Assembly: GCA_038858525.1 (NCBI GenBank)
Contig: JAWCFL010000013.1
Span: 1-32,000 of the forward strand
Origin: Candidatus Jordarchaeales archaeon
GTDB taxonomy: Archaea > Asgardarchaeota > Jordiarchaeia > Jordiarchaeales > Freyrarchaeaceae
Direction: 5' to 3'
Length of the DNA stretch: 32,000 nucleotides
The position numbers were made by a program, and so were the translations under genes. A model generated the notes under the pieces. That model was not told where the DNA came from and searched no databases. It worked only from the letters and a program-made list of their open reading frames with translations. Shown one piece after another: positions 9,284-18,188 of the stretch (position 1 is the first letter of the stretch; each line of letters opens with the position of its first letter).

Positions 9284-12200
9284 CTAGTTTTGTTCTCCTC
9301 CAGTACTCTCTCCGCTCTTCCCTTCTACCTCACCCTCTCCACCGCCTTCCTCAGGTTTCCCAGCTTGCTCTTCTTCCTTCGGCTCCTCCTCCGCTACTTC
9401 CCTAGTTTTTCTCCTCTTCCTCGTCCTTTTTTCTGGTTGTTTTTGTTCTTCTTCTTTTTCTAGTTCTTGGAGTATTGCCGCTGATATGTCTGGTGGAACC
9501 CCTAGGGTTTCGAGGAGTTTTTCTCTTTCGGCAGGAGAGGTTGCTCTCAGCTCGGCCAGTATCACCTGAGCCTCGCTCTCGCTCTTGCCTATCTCGACCA
9601 GCAACGGGACAAGCTTGTCCGCCACCTCTGGCGGCACATAAACAGCTGGCCTAGGCTCAACACCTATAAGCGACAACTCCGCTCCAAGTACGGCTGTCAT
9701 GACGCTTTCCCTCGACGTTGGCTTGCCAACCTCGACTGGCAACCCCTTGCTTATCCTGTCGATCAAGTAGTCTATCCTTCTAATTATTGGAGGTATTCTA
9801 GCCCTCTGCAGGTAAACGTAGGAGGCGAATGCTGAGGATGGCACAAGCACGCTTGCAAGCAACGCCAAGAAGACCCGGTACGGCAGGTTCACTAGTGGTA
9901 TGGTCCACTCCTTCACGTTAAGCAGAACAACCGTCGACGTGGACTGGTAGTATGCTTTCTCGGCTTTGACTGATACTGGCAGCGCGACGTCGGAAAGCCC
10001 TGAAACAGGGACTAGTGTGAAGTAGACGCCAGGAGAAACCTCCCATACTGGTAAGCCGAGGATCGTAACGTTTGCCCCCGTCACCGGCCTCCCAGAGTCG
10101 TCCTTAAGCATGAAAACTAAAGGCACGAAGGGAACGTTGCTCTCAACCATGACGTATGGCCCAATAATGAACTTACTTGACAGAGGCAGCATAACCGGCG
10201 TAAGAGTGACAGGGATCTCTGAGATGGAGAGAGGCAGCATGATCCTCTGTTCTTGGTAGTTCTGCTTAAAGGCGGTTACAGTAAAGACATAGGATCCGGG
10301 CTCTATGGGCCCTAAAGGTAGCTCGCTGAGGTTTAGAGTGGCCACGTAAACCCCTCCGCCTTCCTCAATCATCGCTCCCGAGTACTCTGTTCCGATGATG
10401 GACCAAGTGACTATAGCGTCAGTGATGGGGTTGCCATTTGCATCCTTTAGCTCAACGGAGAAAGTTAAAGTTCTGTTGTAGATCACCGATAACCGTCCGT
10501 CCTGGAGGAACTCGGAGGAAAAATTGGCAACCGTCGGGATGGGGTTTATCACTAGCGTAATCTTAACCGAGGTAATAGAGTAGTTCTGTGCTGTAGGAGT
10601 AACCTCGATAGTATAAACTCCACTACTTAAGTTGCCTATTACATTGGCTGGAATCATGTAGTATCCATTCCCGGCATAGTCCATGGTTCCACTATAGGAC
10701 GTGCCTAGGATCGAGTAACTCGCAACGGCGTTCGCAACAGGCATGTTGCGCCTTGTGTCATTCAAGTACACGCTAACGTTGAATGAGGGGGGAGAGCTCC
10801 AAGTGACGTTTATGAAGGGCTGGTACTCTACGGTCACCGGCAACTCATTCACCTGCAAGTATACTGTTATCGGCACAGGGTAGGAGTAGATATCAGTGTC
10901 CAGTGGCTTCCCATAAAATCTCACGATGTATGTGTGTCCTCCAATAAGTATCGTAGTGTTTAGCGTAACGTACCATTGCCCAATGACAGAAGTATTTTCG
11001 GTCATTGTGGTTTGCGGCACAACCAATGTACCATTAGGGTATAATATCGTGTAGTTGATCCATGAGGCATTTATGCCTATGTTTGGTCCAACCCACTCCA
11101 TCCACACAGAGAAGTTTACCTCGTCACTCCAGTATACGGTGAAGAAGCTGCCGCCCTCGCACCTAAGTTGAGTTTGCCTCACGAATATCGAGCGGTCAAG
11201 CTCTACGCGTATGTCCGCCGGCCCATTTAGAGCGAGAGGCTGGCTGAGCACGCTACCATCACTCATATTGTAGAGTATAATTTGCTCGTTCGGGTAAGCT
11301 TGCGTTGAAACGTTCACATAGAAGCTCGCGCCAGCCTTAACGTAAAGGCAAATATTAGCATAGTACAGGTCAACCGACTGGTTAACGATGTTCTGTGGGG
11401 AACCAGACGTGTAGTTTATCGTCACGTTGGCATTCTGGACGCGGCTACCCAGCTTATCGTAAACTTCAATGTAAAGCCTCGTAGCGTTAAGCACTATAGT
11501 CACCGACGACGAGTTCACCCCCGGCGTCCACTTTCCCGTCTGATTTACGTACTGGTCTCCGGGTGGAAGGTATGGTAAGGATAGGTTAGCTTGCAGGTAG
11601 TAGCCTCCTCCACTGTAGTAGAGGTGGAATGTGCACTTTCCATTCTCGTCTGTCAACTTGGACACATTAAGTTGAGTGTAGTCTCCATCGTTGAATACGC
11701 TGACGTTAGCGTTTGGTATTGGGGCTCCTGACGGGTCTGTCACTGTTACTTCCAGCTTGTAGAAGACGTCTTCAGGTGTCCCCGCGCTCACCGTGAGGTT
11801 TGCCTTCATGCCCTCAGCGAACGCCTGGAAAGGAGCATACCCTTGGGATCCGTTCCAAATGTATACTGCAAACTTCTCGTAGATCCACCCGCCAGCACTA
11901 AAGTCAACCACACCCCAGTATCTATCCCAGAACTCGTAGTAAGAGGTTACCCGCCAGAACACGCGGTAGTACCAGTATCCCTGCCTAACATTAGCACCGC
12001 TCACCTGTGGGGAGACAAGGTCGAATGTGCCAGCTGCCTCACGGTCACTCTGGTCCCACAGGCAGAACCACAGAATATTACTGTACAAGTTTACCTGCTG
12101 ATTGCTACTGCCGAAAGTAATGGTGGTTGGTGTTCCGTACTGGTACTTGTACGTTAGGTTTGGCATTATCCCGGGGTTGAAGACCCACTCGTTGTTTCTG

Positions 12201-13078
12201 TAATCTCTCCCGCTTGCTGGGCTGTTGAACGTGGAGTTTGTTTCGCATATCCATCCCCACTTGAAGAATCTATAGGTGATGTTGCAGTAAGCGTCATAGT
12301 CTCCGAGCTTGGCTCGCGTGGTGTAAGTTATGAATAGCGGCCCTGACTCGACAACTTGATGAGCCAAGGGAGCATATCTAGACGTGGTTCCGGTGCTGTA
12401 GTCGTAGTCTGGGTTCCAGTGGAAGCCCCAGTTCCCCAGGGGGTCGTTTATTGTTCTGCTCGTCCAGTATGTTCCGGATATCTTGTTGTAGCAGGCCTCT
12501 ATTTTGCCGCCTCTTGCCGTGGTTGAGCAGTTGGCCCTGTAAATGCTGCTCTCGAAAGTGTAGTGTGTCCCGTTGAAGCTCCACCACACCTCGTTCGTGT
12601 ATGTTTCGACTCCACTATCCGTGTCGTTGTAGTAGACGTAGTAGGTTTTCGTGGAACTAGCGGTGAGGTTGATGTAGAAGGTTAGGGTGAGAGACTTGTA
12701 GTAGCTTGTCCCATCCCAATACGTCTCATTCCATACTTGGCATGGCACTGTCAGCCAGTCGCTTCCGTCGTAGTACCGCACTCTTATGCTGTTGTTGTAG
12801 CATGTTCCGCTGCTAAAGGTGAGGTAGACGTCTACGGGCTGATCTACGTGGTCTACGTTTGACGTGTCTGTGAAGTTGACTTGGAGCCTATACCTGAAGG
12901 AGTGATTCCACCATGGCGGGTAGAACTGCTTAGGGTCAGCAGGTTGCTCGCCGCTGTTCATTGGAGGGGGGAGAGGAATTGTCGGCTGAGGGAGCGCGGG
13001 CGCTACTGCTAGTATTAACGGTAGTATTATTGCCGCCGCTAGCAGGGCGCTTAAAAGCCGCTTAGAACGAACAGGCAT
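9284..13078 (-). CDS. Large cell-surface glycoprotein: signal peptide, DUF2341-like N-domain, Ig-like beta-sandwich repeats, C-terminal TM helix, cytoplasmic tail
   Basis: 1264 aa. Hydrophobic signal LLSALLAAAIILPLILAVAPA; WWNHSFRYRLQVNF...VDVYLTF resembles a DUF2341 start; repeated (V/L)xDxxGxP(I/V)xxAxV strands; 39 N-x-S/T sequons counted by eye, all N-terminal to the TM segment VFLALLASVLVPSSAFASYVYL; E/K-rich tail. Confidence 0.8.
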   Translation of the reverse strand: MPVRSKRLLSALLAAAIILPLILAVAPALPQPTIPLPPPMNSGEQPADPKQFYPPWWNHSFRYRLQVNFTDTSNVDHVDQPVDVYLTFSSGTCYNNSIRVRYYDGSDWLTVPCQVWNETYWDGTSYYKSLTLTFYINLTASSTKTYYVYYNDTDSGVETYTNEVWWSFNGTHYTFESSIYRANCSTTARGGKIEACYNKISGTYWTSRTINDPLGNWGFHWNPDYDYSTGTTSRYAPLAHQVVESGPLFITYTTRAKLGDYDAYCNITYRFFKWGWICETNSTFNSPASGRDYRNNEWVFNPGIMPNLTYKYQYGTPTTITFGSSNQQVNLYSNILWFCLWDQSDREAAGTFDLVSPQVSGANVRQGYWYYRVFWRVTSYYEFWDRYWGVVDFSAGGWIYEKFAVYIWNGSQGYAPFQAFAEGMKANLTVSAGTPEDVFYKLEVTVTDPSGAPIPNANVSVFNDGDYTQLNVSKLTDENGKCTFHLYYSGGGYYLQANLSLPYLPPGDQYVNQTGKWTPGVNSSSVTIVLNATRLYIEVYDKLGSRVQNANVTINYTSGSPQNIVNQSVDLYYANICLYVKAGASFYVNVSTQAYPNEQIILYNMSDGSVLSQPLALNGPADIRVELDRSIFVRQTQLRCEGGSFFTVYWSDEVNFSVWMEWVGPNIGINASWINYTILYPNGTLVVPQTTMTENTSVIGQWYVTLNTTILIGGHTYIVRFYGKPLDTDIYSYPVPITVYLQVNELPVTVEYQPFINVTWSSPPSFNVSVYLNDTRRNMPVANAVASYSILGTSYSGTMDYAGNGYYMIPANVIGNLSSGVYTIEVTPTAQNYSITSVKITLVINPIPTVANFSSEFLQDGRLSVIYNRTLTFSVELKDANGNPITDAIVTWSIIGTEYSGAMIEEGGGVYVATLNLSELPLGPIEPGSYVFTVTAFKQNYQEQRIMLPLSISEIPVTLTPVMLPLSSKFIIGPYVMVESNVPFVPLVFMLKDDSGRPVTGANVTILGLPVWEVSPGVYFTLVPVSGLSDVALPVSVKAEKAYYQSTSTVVLLNVKEWTIPLVNLPYRVFLALLASVLVPSSAFASYVYLQRARIPPIIRRIDYLIDRISKGLPVEVGKPTSRESVMTAVLGAELSLIGVEPRPAVYVPPEVADKLVPLLVEIGKSESEAQVILAELRATSPAEREKLLETLGVPPDISAAILQELEKEEEQKQPEKRTRKRRKTREVAEEEPKEEEQAGKPEEGGGEGEVEGKSGESTGGEQN

Positions 13079-13136
13079 TCACTCACAACTCCCTTAAATT
13101 TCCAGATTCTTTAAAAAAAATTGGAGAAAGTACCTG

Positions 13137-13152
13137 TTTATTAATTTTTTCG
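13137..13152 (-). promoter_or_regulatory. BRE + TATA box, putative promoter of the surface protein gene
   Basis: The minus strand reads CGAAAAAA-TTAATAAA about 60 nt upstream of the ATG at 13078. Confidence 0.4.
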
Positions 13153-13336
13153 CAAAAAGGTAACTAAAAAAAGTATTTTTTTATATTTTTAGTTAAATTA
13201 TAATCATTGTTAAAGTTAACTTTTTGGATGGGGGAACAAATGGTTTTGTACTGCTTCGTAAATTTTTCACGTAGTTGAAAAAAGAGCGTGTTTCGCTACC
13301 TTTTTACTTAGGAATTTTCGATAAGTAGTGTTCTCA

Positions 13337-13500
13337 TCATTCCCCCGGGTTTAGCGCGTGGATCTTGAAAACGTCTCCTATCCTTCTTTCGACTCCAACC
13401 TTGAATCCTTAGCTTTCCTCTCTTTGAGGCTTCCAGTTGCAATTATGATGCCTAAGTCTAAGCGGTTGAGTGATGTTCCTTCTAACTGCCGAAACTACAT
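13337..13500 (-). pseudogene. Possible decayed minimal nucleotidyltransferase (MNT) gene
   Basis: Joined across frameshifts and stops: FGS (13493-13485), then ...DLGIII (compare FGSxxRG...SDxDhhh), then GDVFKIHALNPGE* (compare FEIHLxTPEE). No intact ORF. Confidence 0.3.
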
Positions 13501-13727
13501 GCTACTGCTCAACTAAAGTGTTTCATGGGAAATTTTTCTACTTTTCGTACTTCAAGCAGTTTTTGAAGCATCTTCGAGGTGATTCATGACGTCAATTGCT
13601 TAAATTTCTCCTTAAACTTTTTCAATGTGGTGGGCTTTTTTCTAGTTTCCTTTAAGTTTCTCGTAAGGCGTCTCGCGAGGATGTAGGATGTATGCGTCCT
13701 CTAGTTTTCATGGGAGGGAAGGTCTCA

Positions 13728-13935
13728 GTGTTCCTGAATAGGTTTGAAAGAGATGCGTGAGCTCTTCGACAGGGGGGATGATTTATCCACCTTTTTCATG
13801 TTGAACAATATTTGATTTTTACTTGAAGTGTGTTTTAGCAAAGAAGCATGGATCACAGGGAACATGCAAGATTTCCATGTTATTCTTGGAGCATGCACAA
13901 GGTGATGCTTTCCAAGCGTTCTTTAACGACAACTA
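13728..13935 (+). pseudogene. Possible decayed HEPN-domain gene
   Basis: Fragments in shifting frames: VFLNRFERDA / RELFDRGDDLSTFFM / YLKCVLAKKHG. They loosely resemble the archaeal HEPN pattern FLxxAxxLxxxGxYxxAxF...YLKAxL. Weak similarity, judged by eye. Confidence 0.2.
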
Positions 13936-14179
13936 AATAATACTTTTCTCTTTAATGCGAGGAACACCAAGACACCTTCATGGAAGCAGTTACTCTTTAC
14001 TGAGTATTTTCAGCGCAAAGCTACTTAGAGGGGGAGGTGGCGGACGGATTGCAACGCGAGGCCACTCATCTATCTGTAGTTTTTCGCTACGATTAATGAA
14101 TGTTCCTCAATTTAGAATGATAAGAAGGTGGTGGGGAGAGGTGGTGAGTGTTCGGCGTGGGTGATGGGTGAGGTGGAGG

Positions 14180-15019
14180 TTAGCGGTATCTGAAGTTGCT
14201 TCTTAATGGTGATTCATGTCGTCTTCCTTTTTCGGGTTGTCCTCGGAATATTATTATGTCACTGATTGCTGGGAGTTTTCTGGCTATGAGGTCTAGTGTG
14301 TTGAGCATGATGTATGACATTCTTTTTGGAAGCTTGTCGAGTAGCTTCCCCCAGTGTGGAAGGCTCCAGAAGAGTGATAAGCCCTCTATGTGGTTGGCTC
14401 TTAGTGCGCCTTGCGTGTATGCTTTAAGGGTTTTGTAGTCGACTCTTAAAGTGTGGTCTTCAGGCATGTCCCAGGGTCTTCTTTCCCCTTTCCTTAGTCC
14501 TGAAAGGCCGGCTGCGTCTATTAGTCTTGCGAGCTTGAAGCCTAGACTTTCCATGTTTGCGACGGATATGACTGCTTTCCCGTTTGGTTTGAGGACGCGG
14601 GCGAACTCGAGTATTGAGCGACGTGGATAGTGGAAGTGGTCTAGGGCGCCCTTGCATATGAGGGCGTCGAGGGCGTTATCTCTGAATGGCAGGCACTCGC
14701 TGGCTCCCTGAACTATGTCTGCTTCAACGCCGCAGCCCGCCACGTAGCGCTTAGCCTTCCTCACCATTATTTTTGAGACGTCTACTCCAACCACTCTGAC
14801 GCCTTGCTTCGCCATAGAGACTACTTCTATGCCTAGCCCGCATGCAACGTCAAGCGCCACATCTCTGGGCGAGGGAGAGAGAGCCCTTATGGTTCTAGGT
14901 CCCATCATTCTGAATACGAAGTCCGAGTCAGCATTGTACTCCGGGGGGATCGCTCCCTCGTCACACCACTCGACAACCTGCTTCCTCTCGAACGTGCTCT
15001 TCAACGTGAACCCGCCCAA
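14180..15019 (-). CDS. Class I SAM-dependent methyltransferase (UbiE/Methyltransf_11-like)
   Basis: 279 aa. Motif I ALDVACGLG, post-I GVDVS, QGASECLPFRDNALD, LKPNG. TTG start uncertain. Confidence 0.85.
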   Translation of the reverse strand: MGGFTLKSTFERKQVVEWCDEGAIPPEYNADSDFVFRMMGPRTIRALSPSPRDVALDVACGLGIEVVSMAKQGVRVVGVDVSKIMVRKAKRYVAGCGVEADIVQGASECLPFRDNALDALICKGALDHFHYPRRSILEFARVLKPNGKAVISVANMESLGFKLARLIDAAGLSGLRKGERRPWDMPEDHTLRVDYKTLKAYTQGALRANHIEGLSLFWSLPHWGKLLDKLPKRMSYIMLNTLDLIARKLPAISDIIIFRGQPEKGRRHESPLRSNFRYR

Positions 15020-15080
15020 ATGATGCTACGGAGCGATAAGGGAAAACTGGCATATACTTTTTTCCGTGGCCGACGTCTGG

Positions 15081-15674
15081 TTAAGGCTTCCTGAATACTG
15101 CGGTTACGTTCATTCCCAGGTATGATGAGAGGGGGGACTCTTCTATTTTGGCCCAGTTCCTCTCGGACAGCTTCAGTAGTCCTTTAGGTATGGGGAGCCA
15201 GCTGTGGAGTTCTCGAAGGCGGGTTGCCGAGATAGGCCACGAACCCCACCCGGTTATTTTTACAAGTTTCAGGTTGTAACGTTTAGTTATCATTTTCATG
15301 TCGAAGGGGCTGTAGCTTCGCTCCCACCCCATGGGCCAGCAACCTATGGCGACTAGGAAGGACTTGTAGATATGGTATAGAGAGTATTTTTGAGGGGCGT
15401 CGAGTATTATGAATCCTCCACGCTTAGTGACGCGGATCTTTTCGCGTATCAGCCTGTCTGGGTTCTTGAAGTGCTCTATTAGTCCCTGAGAGAATACCAG
15501 GTCAAAGGACTCGTCCCTGAATGGAAGCGTTTCCCCGTCCGCCTGCTGAACGTTCACCGTGCTCCACTTGGACACTATGATGCTGGAGGTTGCATAATCC
15601 ACGGCGCACACGTGAGCGCCAAGCTTTGCGAGGAATCCGCTGTCAACCCCGCTTCCTGCTCCAACCTCCAGCAC
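15081..15674 (-). CDS. Class I SAM-dependent methyltransferase; true N-terminus probably lies upstream of the called start
   Basis: Motif I VLEVGAGSG sits at the very start of the called ORF; ADGETLPFRDESFDLVFSQGLIEHF follows. The frame stays open upstream to about 15990 with no ATG/GTG/TTG. Confidence 0.8.
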   Translation of the reverse strand: MLEVGAGSGVDSGFLAKLGAHVCAVDYATSSIIVSKWSTVNVQQADGETLPFRDESFDLVFSQGLIEHFKNPDRLIREKIRVTKRGGFIILDAPQKYSLYHIYKSFLVAIGCWPMGWERSYSPFDMKMITKRYNLKLVKITGWGSWPISATRLRELHSWLPIPKGLLKLSERNWAKIEESPLSSYLGMNVTAVFRKP

Positions 15675-15802
15675 CCGTACCCCCTTCAGGTTGCGGTTGA
15701 AGAGGGAGACTATCTGTCTCAGAATGTGGGTGTGTGGCTTATCATTTGGCTTGGCTAGTAGAAAGAAGAAGGCCCAATAGTCCTTGAGGCGACGCCTGTA
15801 GC

Positions 15803-17422
15803 TTAGCTGCGCTGGCTCTTCTGCGCCTTGACTTGTGGAGCGTATTTTTTCCTTAGCTCCTCGTTGGTCGTCCAGCTCCAGACTGCCACCCCATCCTCCA
15901 CTCTGTAGCCTAGCAGTCCCCTCTCCATGTAGTACTTTATGAATGATTGTACGAGTTCTGGCGGGAACTTTCCTTCTAGCCGGGCGACCTCAAAGAGCCT
16001 TTCGGTCAACCGGAGGACTGGATCGGCTCCGTCGTATGGCACTCTGCCGTGCTGCTCTATTACGTCCCATTTAAGTAGGTGCCATGCGAGTCTCTGCCTG
16101 CGCCTGACGTTAAGCGACTCCACTTCCTCTGGTGGTAGGAGTCCTTGGTCTGCCATCTTGAACTTTCTCCCCAACTCCCGCATTATCGCCCTGTTGAAGT
16201 CTCCAACCACCCTGTTCAGGTATTCCGCGCTCACGGCGTGCGTGTGCGCAACAGCCCTGTTAGCGTCATACTTAGACCAGTCGTCCGTCAGTATGACTAT
16301 TCCGAGCTCGTTGGCTCTCTCCCTTACTTCTGACCCGGGGAATGGTGCTAGAATGTGGAAGCCGTAGAACGGGCCTAGCTCCTCCGCGAACTTCATCGTT
16401 TGCTGTATGGTCTCCTTGGTCTCACCTGGCAATCCCAGTATGAATGAGGAGAGGACTCCTATGCCGAGCTCCTTCGTCATTTTAACCGCTTCCCTGATCT
16501 CCTCCAAGGTTATCCTCTTCTTGCACGTGTCAAGAATCTCCTGGTTTCCGCTTTCCGTGCCGAACATTATAAAGTGGCATCCCGCCTCCTTCATCTTCTC
16601 TAGAAGTTCCCTAGTCACCGTGTCAACCCTAGCATTGGCGCACCACTTGAACTTGAGCCCCCTGCTGATTATCTCGTCACATATAGCGAAGGCATGTTTG
16701 TGGTTTAGTGTGAACGTGTCGTCTTCAAATATCACCTCGTCAAACCCGTATCCCAGGACTTCCTCGACTTCGTCCACGACGAGCTTCGGGTTCCTTAGCC
16801 TAACCCTCCTCCCCATCATCTTTGAGCCAACACAAAATATGCACCTGTGAGGGCAACCCCTCCCCGTTATGAGGCTACACCCTGAGTGATAAGCCATGTA
16901 CTTTGAGAGGGGGAGGAGGTGGCGTGCTGGGAAGGGGAGCTCGTCGAGGTTCTCTATGAGTTTCCTGTCTCTGTTCCGGACTATCTCGCCGTCCTCCCTG
17001 TAGGTTATCCCATCAATGTCCTTGAAATCTTTCCCCTTAACTATGTCCAAGGTGGTGTATTCGCCTTCCCCCCTAACCACCACGTCTATCCACGGAGCCT
17101 CCTCGAGCGTCCGGACGTCGCTGAAAGTTACGTGAGGACCTCCGGCTACCGTTAAAATGTCCTCGTCCACCTTCTTCACGAGCCGGAGTATCTTTGACGC
17201 GGCAGGAAAGCTCATGGTAACAGAGTTGGCACCAACGACGTCCGGCTTGTAATCCTCAACCTTCCTGATGACCTTCTCGTCCGAGTACTTTGAAACAAGG
17301 AGGTCGAGCACCTCAACTTCGAAACCGTTTTTCTCCAAGACAGCTGCAATATAAGTTAAACCTAGAGGAATCGTGGGGCACTCAGAAAACATGTAAGGCG
17401 TGTTTATCAGAAGAGTTCTCAT
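15803..17422 (-). CDS. B12-binding-domain radical SAM protein (class B methylase-like)
   Basis: N-terminal cobalamin-binding domain (IPLGLTYIAAVL, VAGGPHVTF, VVRGEGE); TGRGCPHRCIFC (CxxxCxxC); FEDDTFT; FGTESGNQEIL; FILGLPGET. ATG at 17422 preceded by GGGTGAGG is preferred over the track start at 17470. Confidence 0.9.
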   Translation of the reverse strand: MRTLLINTPYMFSECPTIPLGLTYIAAVLEKNGFEVEVLDLLVSKYSDEKVIRKVEDYKPDVVGANSVTMSFPAASKILRLVKKVDEDILTVAGGPHVTFSDVRTLEEAPWIDVVVRGEGEYTTLDIVKGKDFKDIDGITYREDGEIVRNRDRKLIENLDELPFPARHLLPLSKYMAYHSGCSLITGRGCPHRCIFCVGSKMMGRRVRLRNPKLVVDEVEEVLGYGFDEVIFEDDTFTLNHKHAFAICDEIISRGLKFKWCANARVDTVTRELLEKMKEAGCHFIMFGTESGNQEILDTCKKRITLEEIREAVKMTKELGIGVLSSFILGLPGETKETIQQTMKFAEELGPFYGFHILAPFPGSEVRERANELGIVILTDDWSKYDANRAVAHTHAVSAEYLNRVVGDFNRAIMRELGRKFKMADQGLLPPEEVESLNVRRRQRLAWHLLKWDVIEQHGRVPYDGADPVLRLTERLFEVARLEGKFPPELVQSFIKYYMERGLLGYRVEDGVAVWSWTTNEELRKKYAPQVKAQKSQRS

Positions 17423-17444
17423 GTCCTCACCCTCTTCTAGGGGG

Positions 17445-18188
17445 TTAGACACTTCTATGATTGCATTCATTTAAAACGTTTGCCGTCGACTTCTCTCTTT
17501 TGAGGTAGAATACCACGCTCTTCGGAAAGACGTAATTAAAAAACTTCTCTATTATCCTTATGAGTTTAACTCTTGGGGAGTATATTAGGAGAAGCCTCCA
17601 TAGGGCAGGTATGATTGCTTTGTCGTTGTCGAGCCCCGCTAGGCACTTGAGAAGCCAGTATACCGTGTGGAGGGCGTGCTCGTAGCATATTCTCACCGGG
17701 CGTAACCCTCCTTCCCTGAGCTTATCCAGCAACCTATCCTCCTTGTAGATTTTTATGTGTCCTCCGGGACTTCTAAAGTACTTGGCTGAGAGTCTGCCGT
17801 ATAGCCTCTCAGACGCCCTCGTAGGGACGCTTACGGCGACACACCCCTTGCCGTCTATGACGCGCGCCAGTTCACCTATGGCTTCCCTGTCCTCCTTTAT
17901 GTGCTCCAGTACCTCTGTGCATATGACCTTGGTGAATGAGTTCTCCTTGAATGGCAACCTGCGCACGTCCCCTCGCACGACCTCAGCGTACGCCTTCAAC
18001 TCGCCCTTATGGTTCATCAGCCTTACGACGAAGAGAACCTTTAGAAGGTCGATCAACGAGGTGTCTAAAGCCACCAAGCGGCACGGCATTTTAGCTATTG
18101 TTAGGGCGTGCCTTCCGTCGCCGCATCCCGCGTCAAGTATCACGTCTTTTTCTCTTACCCTGAAAATGTCAAGGTTTATGGTTAGCAT
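17445..18188 (-). CDS. Class I SAM-dependent methyltransferase
   Basis: ILDAGCGDGRH, GDVRRLPFKENSF, CTEVLEHI, VAVSVP, PGGHIKIY. ATG at 18188 follows GGAGGT and overlaps the 3' end of the upstream GT4 gene. Confidence 0.88.
   Translation of the reverse strand: MLTINLDIFRVREKDVILDAGCGDGRHALTIAKMPCRLVALDTSLIDLLKVLFVVRLMNHKGELKAYAEVVRGDVRRLPFKENSFTKVICTEVLEHIKEDREAIGELARVIDGKGCVAVSVPTRASERLYGRLSAKYFRSPGGHIKIYKEDRLLDKLREGGLRPVRICYEHALHTVYWLLKCLAGLDNDKAIIPALWRLLLIYSPRVKLIRIIEKFFNYVFPKSVVFYLKREKSTANVLNECNHRSV

Noticed and set aside
9284-9470. Pyrimidine-rich low-complexity tract (CTT/CCT repeats)
   Set aside because: It simply encodes the Glu/Lys/Gly-rich tail of the surface protein on the minus strand; not a repeat element.
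15803-17422. Assigning the radical SAM protein as GDGT ring synthase (GrsA/B) or another named enzyme
   Set aside because: The domain architecture is shared by many class B radical SAM families; no diagnostic residues can be verified without a phylogeny.
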